From the NCBI GenBank assembly GCA_964234715.1, contig OZ174275.1: a stretch of DNA of 64,000 bases, one strand, 5' to 3'. The position numbers and the translations under genes are program-made. Below the pieces are notes generated by a model, which saw only the letters and a program-made list of their open reading frames with translations, was not told where the DNA came from and ran no database searches. Positions 38,699 to 51,288 of the stretch are shown here, one piece after another; position 1 is the first letter of the stretch; each line of letters begins with the position of its first letter. This stretch comes from Podarcis melisellensis (Eukaryota).

Positions 38699-39304
38699 CA
38701 GAGCATTCTGTTAGTAATCTGTAATCTAACCCATAATCCACCTCTTTCTTTCCATCATTCGGGTGTCCAAATTGTTTTGCTAATATAATACAGGTGTCTC
38801 TGGGTGCCAACATTAGATCTTCCAGTGGAAAAGTGGGTGCAAAGTTAAACCACATGTACCACTTAAAAAATAAGTGAGGTGTGATTTAGCAAGTCTTTTG
38901 TTTTCCCCCACCCCAACAGTTTGAAGGGAAAGTGTACTGAGTCAGACTCTATTGTGCAGCAGTGTGATCTGCATTAAACCCTTGGCCAGATAGATTCCTT
39001 TGTAGAAAACCTGTGGGGCAAAAGGTTATATTGAGCTCATTACTGCAGACAGCTTTTAAATCAAAATGATAATATGGCCATTCCATACGGCAATGTGTTC
39101 TGCTAATGTCTCCCAGTCTGTAAGATGTGCTAACAAGCCTAGTTAAGACAAATAACTTCTGTCTTTAAAAATGCTAAATGCACGATCAATTAGTGAAAGC
39201 TTCATCAGTCAAGCTAAATACAGGAGCCCTTACTATGAACACATTTGATCACTCTACATGTTCAGGATGAACTCTTTTTCAGCAGGCACTATGTATGTGG
39301 TGGT

Positions 39305-39690
39305 TATTATATTCATAGGCAACCTTCCCTCTAAGGAGCTCAAGGTGAGAAACATAGGAACCAACTCCTAGGGGCTGAGATCCCTTCAGTCCTCCCAATA
39401 AAATATTTGAGGGGGCTGCCCCCCAAGTTGATAGTCAGTGCCATTCAAATGGTGTTTGTGTGTGCCATGTCTTTTAATTGATTTTGTGGGGTGGGGCTTA
39501 CCTGCTCCCCCATATTTTATTCAAGTTGGCACCCCTGCTGGAAACATGATATTCCTCTCCCATTCTTATCCTACAATAACCCTGTGAGGTAAGAGAGAGA
39601 GAGATATGAGGTCACCCAGTAAACTTCATGGCAAACTGGGATTCAAAATCTGGTCTCCTGCATCCTAACCCCAACACTCCAACCATCCTA
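39305..39690 (-). mobile_element. Old CORE-type SINE interrupted by a hAT MITE (39353-39537)
   Basis: AAGGAGCTCAAGGTG | CATAGGAACCAACT...AGTTGGCACCCCTG | ...CAATAACCCTGTGAGGTA...GGTCACCCAG. Confidence 0.6.
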
Positions 39691-40779
39691 GTTCTATGTG
39701 CAGGTCAGGAGCTAGGGCAGTGGCATGGCAGAGGAAGACTACAAGGGGGAACAACACATTAAGTGGCTGGGCTTCCCTTTAAATACAAAAAAATACCCTT
39801 TGGCTAAAATACAGCCTCAGCCAGAAACTCTTTCAACTTTCATACATAATAAAAGAAAAGGGTCATCAGGGATGCAGTCCTCTGCAGATTTCCTTGGAAG
39901 TAACCTCCATTTAAATCAGTGGGACTTGCCACCATGTAATTGTGCATGGATCTGCAATATGAATTACAGAATATTTTTTGCTAAGACTGACCAACACTAA
40001 CTCTCTCACTCACTCACCACATAAAAAAAGCAATTTCATAAAGAAGCGGATAAATAAGATTTAGCAAGGGTTGAATGTTGTGGCACTGCTTCTGACAGAG
40101 GCAACAGATATATTAGTTCTTGGTTCAACTGTGCCTCAAGGTCTCGTTCAAAGTGATGCTGATCACCTAAAGCCCCTTAAAGAGTCTGAGCCAGTGGGTT
40201 TCCTCTCCCCCACCCCATATAGGTTCCTTGCTCACCCTGGTCATCTGGTGAAGTTCTATTCCATGTCCCTCCGCTTGAAAGGTTAAAGGTTAAATGTCAC
40301 TAGACAGGACCTTTTCTAGTATGAGGCCACTGGTAAGCTATATCTGCTCGGTTGTCAAAACACTGAAAGGCAAAGGGGGGAAATTCTGGCTTACAGTGTT
40401 GCAGTTCTTGTATTGTGGTAAATTCCACCAAGATTGATTATTTAACCACTGTAAAGACATGTAACATTTGTCCCTAATTTGCCATAACTGCTTCGTTTCA
40501 TGTAGTTATACATATATTTGCTTATGTTTCAAAACAATGAATCACAATTTAATATTGTTCCTAGGAAACCTTGTACTACATAAGTTTATGACAAATGAAT
40601 TTATGGTTTAAATTATTACAGAACCTCAGGGAACTTTCTTTCACAATCAGTGGCATTTGGGAGAGAAAGAGAGGGAGAGGGAGAAAGAGAACAAGAGATA
40701 AAGTAATGTGATCTTTATGCAAGAGCAACATGAAAAGCATATATTTCCTCGTTCTGGGCTTCTAACAGCTGAGCTTCTT

Positions 40780-41341
40780 GGAATCATAGAGTTGGAAGGG
40801 ACCGTGAGGGTCTAGTCTAGAGGTCCCCAAACTTATTGGCCTACCACCTCTTTTTCAGAAAAAAATAATACTTTGTGCTCTCCTGGAAATCTACCTTCTT
40901 TAAGCAAAGGGGTTGGGCTGGTACTACAGTCTGCCTGCCATTGGCCAAATAGGCAGGCAAGCTGCAATCCACTTCCTGGGTCAGGGTGCAGTAAGAATGC
41001 CCTGCAACATGATCACCAGATCCAGGTGAGGCGTTGTTGCCATCCTGCAACAGCACCTGACCTGCCGGTAAGCTTCATTACACAACAGATGAAACATATA
41101 TAAATGGCTTTTCAATTTTTTCTCTTTTCTTTTCTTTTCTTTTTCCACCTCCCCCTTATTTTTATTCCCCAACTGCACCCAAGGCTACTACCGTTCCCCT
41201 AGATTGCTCCAGCACCCCCTAGGGGACAGCACCACCCACTGGTCTAGTCCAAACCCATGCAGTGAACGAATCTTTTGCCCAATGTGGGGTTTGAACCCAT
41301 AACCCTGAGATTAAGAATCTCATGCCCTACTGACTGAGCTA
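40780..41341 (-). mobile_element. tRNA-Lys(CTT)-derived SINE with CR1 3' tail, split by a hAT insertion
   Basis: Minus strand TAGCTCAGTCAGTAGGGCATGAGATTCTTAATCTCAGGGTTATGGGTTCAAACCCCACATTGGGC (tRNA-Lys-CTT-like) followed by ...GGACTAGAC..GGTCCCTTCCAACTCTATGATTC. Confidence 0.8.
40818..41241. mobile_element. hAT-Charlie non-autonomous element
   Basis: 8-bp TSD GTCTAGTC at 40810-40817 and 41242-41249; left end TAGAGGTCCCCAAACTT. Confidence 0.75.
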
Positions 41342-41356
41342 GGTGACTGATTACAC

Positions 41357-41478
41357 CAGGCAGAGGCAAACTCAACCCTCCAGATGTTTGTGGACTACAA
41401 CTCCCATCATCCCTAGCTAACAGGACCAGTGGTCAGCGATGATGGGAGTTGTAGTCCCAAAACAGCTGAGTTTGCCTG
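41357..41478. mobile_element. URR1-like hAT-Charlie MITE
   Basis: GACTACAACTCCCATCATC / GATGATGGGAGTTGTAGTC inverted repeat; TSD GATTACAC/GATTACAA. Confidence 0.85.
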
Positions 41479-42599
41479 GATTACAATCTGTATTACTGCA
41501 GGTTAGTCTCAGAATATCCAGTGAAAATAGATTTAAGGAAGGTCTCAAATGGCTTGCTGACAACATTCATACACTCCTTCCCCCTTTCTTAAGGGAGAAA
41601 TGAGGGGGGGTCCCTAACAAACATGTGGAGCTGTGTGCTCTTCTGCAGCAATTTAGCTGCACCCACATTGGTGCAAAAACTGGATGTCTTCCCTGGGATG
41701 TCTTCTCCACCCCACCCCACCCCATCCCACTCCCAATGAATGGGGTTTTGTTTCTGATTAACGTTTTTAAATAAACTGGAGTGCAGGTTGGAGTCATTCA
41801 CTTTGAATCCAACAGGGCTGTTCTATGCGGTGGAATGTAGATAGCCTTTTCAAGTGACTTCAGAGAACAATCTCGCCCTTAAATTCTCCAGCTACACTTG
41901 CCCCCCCTTCCCCACAATACAGAATTAGCTTATTAACTGCTTACCAGTTCTGAATCAAAGGATCACCGCATACCCGGTATCACGTTATAGAGATGTTTAT
42001 GTAAATCACTGTCGAGATCAGCATGTCAGTCATGAGTGGGAGTGTGCTTGGACGATGCCATCACACAAGTGGAATATTTCTATGACTAGCTTGCGTTGGC
42101 ATTGCGGCAGTTCTATAAAGCCAGTTGCTGCGTGTGACTTTGTGATCTTCCCTTTGCCCTCTTTTTGCCAGCTGGTGTGTTTCGTCTGTCGCAATGACAC
42201 CAACTTTGATAGGGGAATATTGGTGTAGCCAACAGAGTGCCGGCATAGTGCTTTGGCCAGGAGACTTAACCATAAAGTAGAGGGATTCCTGCTGCTAGAG
42301 CGGACTTGTGGAAAAACATCACTTGAAAATGGTTGAGCACTGTACCCTTCCCCACAAATCACTCATCTATCAAATGCTCCCTAATTTTACTGATTGGTCA
42401 AGATGTCTGCCGTGGTGCAGTTAGGTAATTTTAGAATCTGAAGGTAAATGTCTTACTGCTCCACTCCCTTTAAATTGGGGTGGGGTTCAAATTTGACCCC
42501 AAAGTTCATTCACCTCAAACCCTGCCCACTGGCCCCACCCCTGACATCATAGACGAAGTTGTAGAGCAGGCAGAGATGCAGCTACCAATGCAGAACCAG

Positions 42600-42753
42600 C
42601 AGTGGCGTAGCATGGGTTGTCAGCACCTGGGGCAAGGCAAGTAATTTGCACCCCCTAACCCGTGGATTTGTGCCCCCTAAACCGTGGATTTGCGCCCCCT
42701 ACCCCCCAGATGTTGCGGCCGGCCCCCCCCTGCACCCCCACGCTACGCCACTA
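42600..42753. mobile_element. hAT MITE with perfect 8-bp TSD and internal ~21-bp tandem repeat
   Basis: TIR CAGTGGCGTAGC/GCTACGCCACTA; TSD AGAACCAG at 42592-42599 and 42754-42761; ATTTG(C)GCCCCCTAA(C)CCGTGG repeated about three times. Confidence 0.88.
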
Positions 42754-42761
42754 AGAACCAG

Positions 42762-42930
42762 GAGGCTTAAACTGCAGCAAGGGCAAGCAGGCATCCGTGC
42801 CATGGGCCTTGCTGGGGCATGGAGGGTGTCCCACAATGCGGTCCTTGAAATATTGCGGTCCTGAGCCATTCAAGTCTTTATAGGTCAAAACCAGAATTTG
42901 GCCCAGAAACGAACTGACAGCCAGTGCCGT
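42762..42930 (-). mobile_element. L2 fragment hosting the 42600 MITE
   Basis: ILVLTYKDLNGSGPQYFKDRI matches L2 VLVLTYKALNGLGPxYLKDRL. Confidence 0.7.
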
Positions 42931-45714
42931 CAATTATGTTGTGAATTTCTGTGTTTATTTTAGCATTGGTTAGAGCTTGGTCTCCCTGGACTTAGGATGA
43001 ATTATTTTACCTCGCTTTGTATGTATGGAGATGATTTTAGCAGTTTGAACAGTTTTTATCTGAACTGCTTTTGGTTGAGGCTGGTGCCCATTGGGATGGA
43101 TAGAGCAGAATCAGGGAGGTGAACAGCAGGTGGAGCCAGAAGCAGTAATAGTGGAGCCAGTTCATTCTAATTTTGTCCCCATTCTAATCTCTGCCGGGTT
43201 CTCCAAAGGCAACCCTGAGGCTAAGGAGTAGGAAGCTGACAGCCAGAGCCACTCCCTGGCCTGGAAGCAGATACAAGGAAGCAGGTGTGCCCTGGCTAAG
43301 GGCAAACTGAGCTTGGTGGGACATTACCCCATTTGCCCGAATGGAGCAGCTTCTAGTAACTATTCTTATTGTAACGTGAACTGTGTTTATTCTGTTTTAT
43401 GTATGTTATGGGTTTTTTTGCAAGCTGCTTTGAATTTATTTTATAAAGAAAAGTGAGCTGTGCATTTTTAAATAAACACAAACATTTTCACCATGGTGTA
43501 ATGTATGGGAAATATACAGCTAGCAGCATATTACTTACTATTTAAGTGAATTTAAGACATTATTTACTATTTAAGTGAATTAATTGGGTACAGAAATAAA
43601 CAAGAGATGCTGTACACTTTGGCTGCCTGACACTGGCACAAAACTAATCGAGAAACTGGCTTCTGTTTCAAAAACAAACATCCAGTTTTAGTATCTATCA
43701 ACAGTTCTCTGCTTAGTTTCTATAGAGAAAGTGAAGAACAGGAGGGAAATGGCTGCATTTTATGCCACCAAACTATTGTATCAAGTTCTGCTTTATTAAA
43801 ATGCTCCTCTGTTTTGCTTTCTGGATCTCCCTTTCAGAAATTTCTCACCGTAGAGGTTTAATCCATGAAGCAGAAAAATACAGACCATCTTAGGGCGAGG
43901 GAGCTGAACTCTAAAGTCAAACAGCTGTAGCAGTTTTAGCATATTCCGAAACATATTCATCTGGTTGCGGTATAGGCAATTCAATGTTCTTTGACAATTT
44001 AAGTCATTTTCAGTGCAACTATGCATTCCTTTTTCTGGGTCATTTGGGGTGCAGCTAATCAAGGGTTCACTGCAGAGAAAAATAGTCACTAGCAGCCTGA
44101 TCTGTAAAGTGCTTTGCCAGCGCAAGTCTCTTTGAAGTGAATGAACCTTTCTGACAGCAGAGTGGTAGGGCCCGAGCTTTCAATTTGATGGCAATTGAAG
44201 AGAAAGAGGGGATGTTGGAGGGTTTCTTCACCCCCCAATCACGTCAGACCTTTCAGTTTTGACAACTATCTCCTCAGTACATGCCAAACAGAAGCCTAGC
44301 TCCAACCTACGCTTCTGTATGGCATGGGTTGCAAACTGCTGGCCCTCTTTTTAAATCCAACCAATGTTTAAGCCCTTACGTATGTAGAGTCAAAGGTCAC
44401 AGATAAGTTGACAACCATGCATGTTGACTCTCTGCCTTCTTGCCAAATCAGGAATTGTTCAGTGGCTCATAAACAACTTTATAATGCACACATCAGCTTT
44501 AAGTAATTTTAATAATACTAGTAATGCTGCCACACAGCTCTGGCCTATGCATCTGCAAGCCTTATGTCTGTGTTAAAAGTGGATGGCAGAATGGCAGATG
44601 AGCATGAAAGGAAATAATTATCAGCTATCTGCATAAAATCTGCAACAAATTACCTGTAAAACTCTAACTATCCAAACAGGATGACACTTACTTTTATAGG
44701 TTCATGGCTTCCTTTCTTTAAAGTTTGCTAAGGCAAGAGTAAAGTAATTACAGCTCTCTTTTGATTGATTAAACATGACATATATGCTAATATGAAAGCA
44801 ACTTCTGTCCTTTGTTATCCAAGCTTCTGGCTTAAAGCAATTTTAAAGATAACAGATACAATTTTATCAATGCCATTATTCCTAACTTAGACGCCAAGGA
44901 GGTAATTTCTTTTTCCCCCAGCAAAGAAGGTACATTTTGCCCTTTGCTTTTAAAGTTTTGGGTACAGAAGTCAGATGATATTACAGCCACAAATCCCCTA
45001 ATTCTTGATACTGTTATGTATCTGGAAACATATGTAACAGCAGTGGGTTGATGTTTTCTCCTACCTAGTTCTTTGGATTGCACAAGGGCAACTGGAATGT
45101 GTAATGGTAAACAGAATTCCGGACCAAGGGGTAGGAAGGGAATATCACTTCTAAGCATAATTTCAGCAATGCCTTCCAGAGAAGATCTGTAGCTATGGGC
45201 TTCAGAAGGAAGAGATTAGGATTCGCATTAGGTATGGATCACAAAAAGGCTTATGTGCTGAACCTATATGTCACTTCGCTGAAGCTGTGAACTGATCCAG
45301 ACATTGCTCAGAAAGATCAGGGTGGACTCCACCACTTCCGATTACAGGTGTAGGAAAAGCTCAGCCTTTTTGATTGCTTGATTCATAGTTCTATGCATGA
45401 AGAAAACTAGCAAACAAAAAACAAAAGGCATAGAGTAACTTCTCTCTGATGTCACAGCTTGATAAAAGCAAGTAGCATTTTACCTGCAATGCTGCGTGGG
45501 TCTACTCAGAAGTAAGCCCTGTGTATTTGAATGGGGCTTACTTCCAGGTAAGAAAGCACAGTGAACTTTTAACACGTTTAAAACAAATTCAGATTTCCTT
45601 TTAAACCATTTATATTTTTAAAAGTGAAACTTATTATATTAACTTAACCAAAGAGAGAGAGAGCACAATTTAAATCCCAAAAGTCTGATCTGTGTATTTA
45701 TTTTTAAAGAATAA

Positions 45715-45879
45715 CTGTGGAAAAGACTCCTGAGAGAGGTGGTAGACTCTCCTTCCTTGGAGGTTTTTAAAGCAGAGGTTGGATGGCCATCTGCCAGGGA
45801 TGCTTTAGCTGAGATTCCTGCATTGCAGGGGGTTGGACTAGATGACCCTTGGGTCCCTTCCAATTCTAAGATTCTATGA
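45715..45879 (+). mobile_element. CR1 LINE 3' end
   Basis: TCTCCTTCCTTGGAGGTTTTTAAAGCAGAGGTTGGATGGCCATCTG...GGACTAGATGACCC...TTCCAATTCTAAGATTCTATGA. Confidence 0.88.
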
Positions 45880-45970
45880 GGCGGATGTAGACTGCACTTG
45901 CCAAGGGAGTTCTACTCATTGGGGAATGATACTGGGAGCTGCAAACTCTTTGGATTCCAGACATTCAGCC

Positions 45971-46030
45971 TCTTTTCTTTTCTTTTCTTTTCTTTTCTTT
46001 TCTTTTCTTTTCTTTTCTTTTCTTTTCTTC
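45971..46030. repeat. (CTTTT)n pentanucleotide repeat
   Basis: Directly visible. Confidence 0.95.
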
Positions 46031-47050
46031 TGTTCTTCACTAACATATTGTAAAGTTAGTATCCCATCCATTAAATACCCCTTAACATTTTCAAGTGTCT
46101 CAGATCTTTCCCAAAATTAATAAATCTTCACTCTATTTTATTCTCAACATTACCTATCTTTTCATTTAATCTCGATTTCAAATGACTTATTCTCTTCAAA
46201 TCTTTTAAACTCACTCAGTGCTGTAACTTTTAACTCTTTTAATGAGTCTTCTTCTTTTTTTATCAATTCCTTAACCTGATCTATCTTAAAATTCCCTTCC
46301 AATCTTTTAAATCCACTCAGTATTTCATCTTTTAACCCACCTAAAAAGCTGGTTGTATATTCTTCGCTGTAGCTGATGTTTCTCTCTTAATATGCCTTCA
46401 ATAAAAACACTTTAAGAACAGCATCTTTCAGCCTTAAAGTCATTATAAAACTATAACCATAAGTCACTCTTCTTTTAAGGTGCAAGTGCACATTAAGGTG
46501 CTTAAAACAAAAAGTGCAAAATACAGCCGACTTATGGCACAATATCATGCATTTTTATCGGATGGTCTTAATTGGTTTTAACGTAAGTCACCTCGGGTCA
46601 CTCTGTGTGAAAAGCACTTGACAAATATAAAAAATAAATAACACATTGTGTTCAAGCTCAGTATTTAACTGATTACATATCTGGGGCAGGCTCTGAGGCA
46701 TGTTTGGCTAGTGATTCTGGATTTTGTTGGACCCTAGCTGAGTAAGACTGGTGCATAGTGGACAGTGCTGCTGGTCAGGCAGAACTAGGAAGGCAAGCAT
46801 ACCAGAGAGCAGGCAGAAAATCAGGAAGCACAGATGCTTGGGAAGGGCCCAGGGTGGGTGGAGCTACATTGGAACTGGATACATAGCTTCTTCTGTCTGC
46901 AGCCCTGATGGGTTTGCTCCACGTTGCACCTGACAGCACTCCTTTACCAAGAAGAAATGAACTAATCTACAAGGCAATAATACATGCTGTAGGTGCAATG
47001 TGATTGACTGCACGGAAGGTCCTAGTTTATGCCAGCGGGATAGTCTAACT

Positions 47051-47415
47051 CAGGTATGTCCAACTCCCAAGAGACTNNNNNNNNNNNNNNNNNNNNNNNN
47101 NNNNNNNNNNNNNNNNNNNNNNNNNNNNNNNNNNNNNNNNNNNNNNNNNNNNNNNNNNNNNNNNNNNNNNNNNNNNNNNNNNNNNNNNNNNNNNNNNNNN
47201 NNNNNNNNNNNNNNNNNNNNNNNNNNNNNNNNNNNNNNNNNNNNNNNNNNNNNNNNNNNNNNNNNNNNNNNNNNNNNNNNNNNNNNNNNCCATTGGATTG
47301 ACTGAAGTTGTTGAGCTTTTATGGGGGACCATCAGGATCACGCAAACAACAAGGATCAACTAGGGACGCCCTGCGATTGACAGGTAGATCGCGATCGACT
47401 GGTTGGACATGCCTG
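47051..47415. mobile_element. hAT-Charlie element spanning an assembly gap
   Basis: TIR CAGGTATGTCCAAC / GTTGGACATGCCTG; TSD GTCTAACT/ATCTAACT. Confidence 0.8.
47077..47289. other. Assembly gap (213 N)
   Basis: Run of N. Confidence 1.
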
Positions 47416-47647
47416 ATCTAACTGATCATCCTGTTTCTTCTGGTCCAGTGCTTTTACACTTCTCACTGCATATACGAAAACTAATAGATTAAGGAACATT
47501 TTTGCACAAATAAAAGAAAAGCAACACCTGGGCCTCTCTCACACTGTTTGCTCTACAGGTGAAGAAGGCATAACACCTACTATGTGGAATGCTCTCCCCA
47601 CTGAGATCAGGAGGGCACTGTATTGTTTTTTCACCATGAGCCTAAGA

Positions 47648-47888
47648 CAGGGTCAGTAAACTTTTTCAGCAGGGGGCCGGTCCACTGTCCCTCAGACTTT
47701 GTGGGGGGCCGGACTACATTTTGAAAAAAAAAATGAACGAATTCCTATGCCCCACAAATAACCCAAAGATGCATTTTAAATAAAAGGACACATTCTACTC
47801 ATGTAAAAACATGCTGACTGTCCGTGGGCCAGATTGATAAGGCAATTGGACCGGATCCGGCCCCCAGGTCTTAGTTTGCCTACCTATG
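47648..47888. mobile_element. hAT-Charlie MITE inserted in an L2 3' relic (~47550-48050)
   Basis: CAGGGTCAGTAAACT...AGTTTGCCTACCTATG; TSD GCCTAAGA on both sides; same family as 58010 in the opposite orientation. Confidence 0.88.
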
Positions 47889-48107
47889 GCCTAAGACATA
47901 CCCATTCACTGTGGCTTTCTCTGATCTTTAAGACCATTAATACTGGTCACTGTATTGAGTTTACTAATTGTATTGGTGATGATTATTTTTATTGGATTTG
48001 TGATGCTTTTGTGTGAGCTGTTTGGGTATTTCTTTCTGTAAATGAAAAGATATATAGACATCTTTTTTTAAAAGTAGGTAGAAACAGAGAAGATAAGTCG
48101 GATGTAT

Positions 48108-48222
48108 GGGTTATATGCAACTAAGTTTTACTCAGAGTAGACTCATTGAAATCAATAAGCAAAATGAAGGTCAATTCATTTCAATGGGTTTACTCTGAGT
48201 AAAGTTTCATTGACCACCACCT
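48108..48222. mobile_element. Short palindromic MITE-like repeat
   Basis: 26-bp arms at 48127-48152 and 48178-48203; decayed relatives near 11000, 18430, 18790, 59310 and 62950. Confidence 0.65.
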
Positions 48223-48299
48223 TATATGTGTAGTCAGACCAATGCAAAGCAGTTTAAACCTTATGCATAAAAATATTTTTAGGTTTCAGGACAATCTGA

Positions 48300-49050
48300 G
48301 CAGAAAGAACCATAGCTAGTACCTTGCCGTGACCTTTTCAACCCCTCTAAACAATTCTCCAATTTTATTGTTATTACACTGAGATTTATAGGCTGTAGTC
48401 AAGAACTGTCGTCCTTAACTCTTGTGTAAGTGATAGCTATTCAGTTCCGTAAGTTCTTTGTGTTTCTTCTTATAGGGAATTTCCTCCAAGTCTTGAACCA
48501 ACATTTCATGTCTTTGCTTTAGAATCTCCCAGCTTTACTAAAGATTTAGCTTGGGCTGTTGTGACCAAAATGGAGTATGTCATTCAAGCTCTGACCTTAT
48601 GGGAGCTGAATAAAGATGTATTGCGACCTCCATGGATCCGTTGAGACAGCCTTCTAAATACTTCTCAAAATAGAAACCTTCTCCCACACTCCTACTATGC
48701 AGCCGCATCATAGTTCATGCTTTCTAAATTCTTTTCAGCCAAATTTATCCTGGGAAAAATACCTCTGAGGTTTAGTGTATCCCACTAGACATATATTTGT
48801 CACCTTAGTTGTGAACATCTCTGTTTCAGTATGCAATTTACTACTGATGACATTTATTTCCTTATAGGATTTGTACTTCAGTTCTGAATCCAGTCCTACC
48901 TTTTCTGCTATTATTTCCTTACAAAGGATTTCTAAAATTCCATTTTTTTTTACTCCAACTAAGTTTTGACTTTATTCAATCAAATGTTTGATATGAAAAT
49001 GCCTTACTTTTGTAAAATACGGATATTTGCCAAAGACCTTCCAATTGTCC
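48300..49050 (-). mobile_element. Possible very old L1 ORF2 endonuclease-region relic
   Basis: Minus strand near 48570-48630 resembles YTFYS..H...SRID; T-rich plus strand. Weak signal. Confidence 0.3.
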
Positions 49051-49807
49051 AGTAGTGATAGGCTCACAGCCAATGAGAGAGACAAAGAATCTATTACAAA
49101 TGGCAGCATATTATAATTTGACTCTACCATTTGAAAGTTACACTTACCCCTTTAGGAGTGGCAATGTGACCAATTCCTGTGTATGTCTACAATGCTCAAC
49201 CATTTCCCAAATTAAAAACCATTCCCCGCCCTACCAATTATTTCTTTTTAGTCACTGATGAAAACATTGAACTTCAGTCTCATCACTAGGCTAATCTGAA
49301 GCACATGATTTACCTTTTAAAATCCCCATTAATTATTCCAGAGACCTTCATCATGTTCTCTAGTATGCAACACCTCTGTACTCAAAACAGACCTAGCCTT
49401 TCTCATCTTCCCTCGTATATCTCTGATCATTTTTATCATCTGTCCCTGACTGCCCAAACTTTGTTCTGTTGTATCTCACAAATAAGCAGATAAAGACCGA
49501 AGACCATATTCCGAGGCTCCGCGTATAAGTGATGCTTTTGTTCTCTGTTCTTGACCTTGTGATCGCTTCTGTACACTATAGACAGGCTTCTTCAGAATGT
49601 GGCAGAGATGCTAAGTTTGTCTCTCGATTAGACGGCAGGGTGGGTGGTATTGAGGTTGGCATCTGTCTGTCTCTGGAGACTATGGAAGAGAAAAAGAACT
49701 GGGCCTTTATGTCGATTTGTGATCACGACTTTTTGGTGTAGAAGTTGCTTTTGCGAGATGTCCATTTCTTATTTCATTCTGGATTGCTTTGTTTTACGCA
49801 CACTTTC

Positions 49808-50190
49808 ACAGAGAAATTTGATTCTATTTGCATTTAAAGGTGAACCTCTCTATTTTACGGTTTCTGAAAAAAGATGTGAACCAAACCACAACCATTTGGT
49901 CAAACTTTGTACTTGTCCAGCCTTTGCAATGCAGTTTTCCAGCTATATAATTTGTATACAAATGCATCTACTAAAGTGTGCATATAAATGCATATATTAT
50001 TGAAAATAACATACAAAAATGCATTATGATTAGGCAAAATTGCTTTGTAGAAATGTGAATATTAGGCAAAGTCTGCATTAAAATGCTGAGAAATGTACGT
50101 AAAGACTTTTTAAGAAATTGAAATTGAAATCTTAAGACTGGAAAAAATCCAGAACTGAGAGGAACCAAAATGGCATATTTGCCAGCTCTG
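49808..50190. mobile_element. Old AT-rich non-autonomous DNA element (inverted relative of 20471)
   Basis: GCATTTAAAGGTGAACC...AAGATGTGAACCAAACCACAACCAT is the reverse complement of the 20820-20890 region. Confidence 0.55.
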
Positions 50191-51231
50191 ACCACAGTTG
50201 GTTCTCCTAAGTGTATTATTTCCTTTCCCTCCAATTTCACCCCTTTTACAAAAGGAAGAGGAGTTGCAAATGAATTTTTGTAGAATCTTACAATTCTTTA
50301 TTGCATTATTATAATATAAACAACTCTGAATTCTCATCTGCAGTGGTGAGAGACAGAATAGGCAGCATGGTGTCAGGTCTAGATGTTAGAAATAGACTGT
50401 GAAGGCCTGGGCTCAAATGCCCCCGCAGCCAAAAAACCTACTCTGCAACCTAGGGGTTAGTCACCATAAATGCAGCTGTGATTCTTTAATCCTCTAATGT
50501 TTAATTTATGCTTTAAATTTCTCTTCTTGTATATTTTTTATCTTATAAGTCACTTTAAGGAACAGATGATGACAATAATATAAATAAATGTAAAGAAATA
50601 CGGCAAATTATTCATTTCTTTAATATATCTTTATGAAGGAGATGTTGTGCAACTTAACTAACCCAAAGATCATGTGTTCCTGAAGCTGTGCTGGTTCCCC
50701 CATATCCGTCATGCACCTCATGTTTCAACTGAGTTAAAATACTGAGTCTAATTGCTTGGCAGTGAGTAAAAATTGACAGCTGACAAAGTTAAAATTGAAT
50801 GGAAAGGAAAGCTTCCATTTTGAAGATTCTGCCTTTCAAAAGCTCTTGGCAACAGTTCTCATACTTCTTCCACAAACCCCTTGAAAATTTCTGGCCATCT
50901 TGGTGGGCCATCCACACAGGCCAGCTGGCAACATGTGACCCTTTTTTGAGAGGAGAAACCCCCCCCCCAAAATGAATAAAAATCATGAGCTATAGATCAG
51001 GCTCCTGAGAAAGGCATTTTAAACAGGTACATTTTTAGGAGAAAATTAGTAAACTGTGTGACTGCTTTGTTATAAGAACCAAGGTCCCCAAAACAGGGCT
51101 TAGATAGCCTGTCTAGGAAAAGTTTCAGATGCAAAGCAAGTGCATTCTTGATATTATGCAGCCTGAATGAAGCTTGCAGACTACCAATGGCCCATACAGA
51201 TCACAATTCGAAAACTTCTGCCTTATTGAAA

Positions 51232-51286
<55 letters not shown>

Positions 51287-51288
51287 TC
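51232..51288. repeat. (CTTT)n microsatellite
   Basis: Directly visible. Confidence 0.95.

Noticed and set aside
41270-41341. Functional tRNA-Lys gene
   Set aside because: The acceptor-stem 5' strand is lost, there are several stem substitutions and it is fused to a CR1 tail, so it is a SINE head
43534-43582. Short direct repeats (TTACTATTTAAGTGAATT twice; similar cases at 36886 and 3501)
   Set aside because: Ordinary local slippage duplications with only two units
47000-47359. ORFs of 81-104 aa
   Set aside because: Artefacts of the N gap
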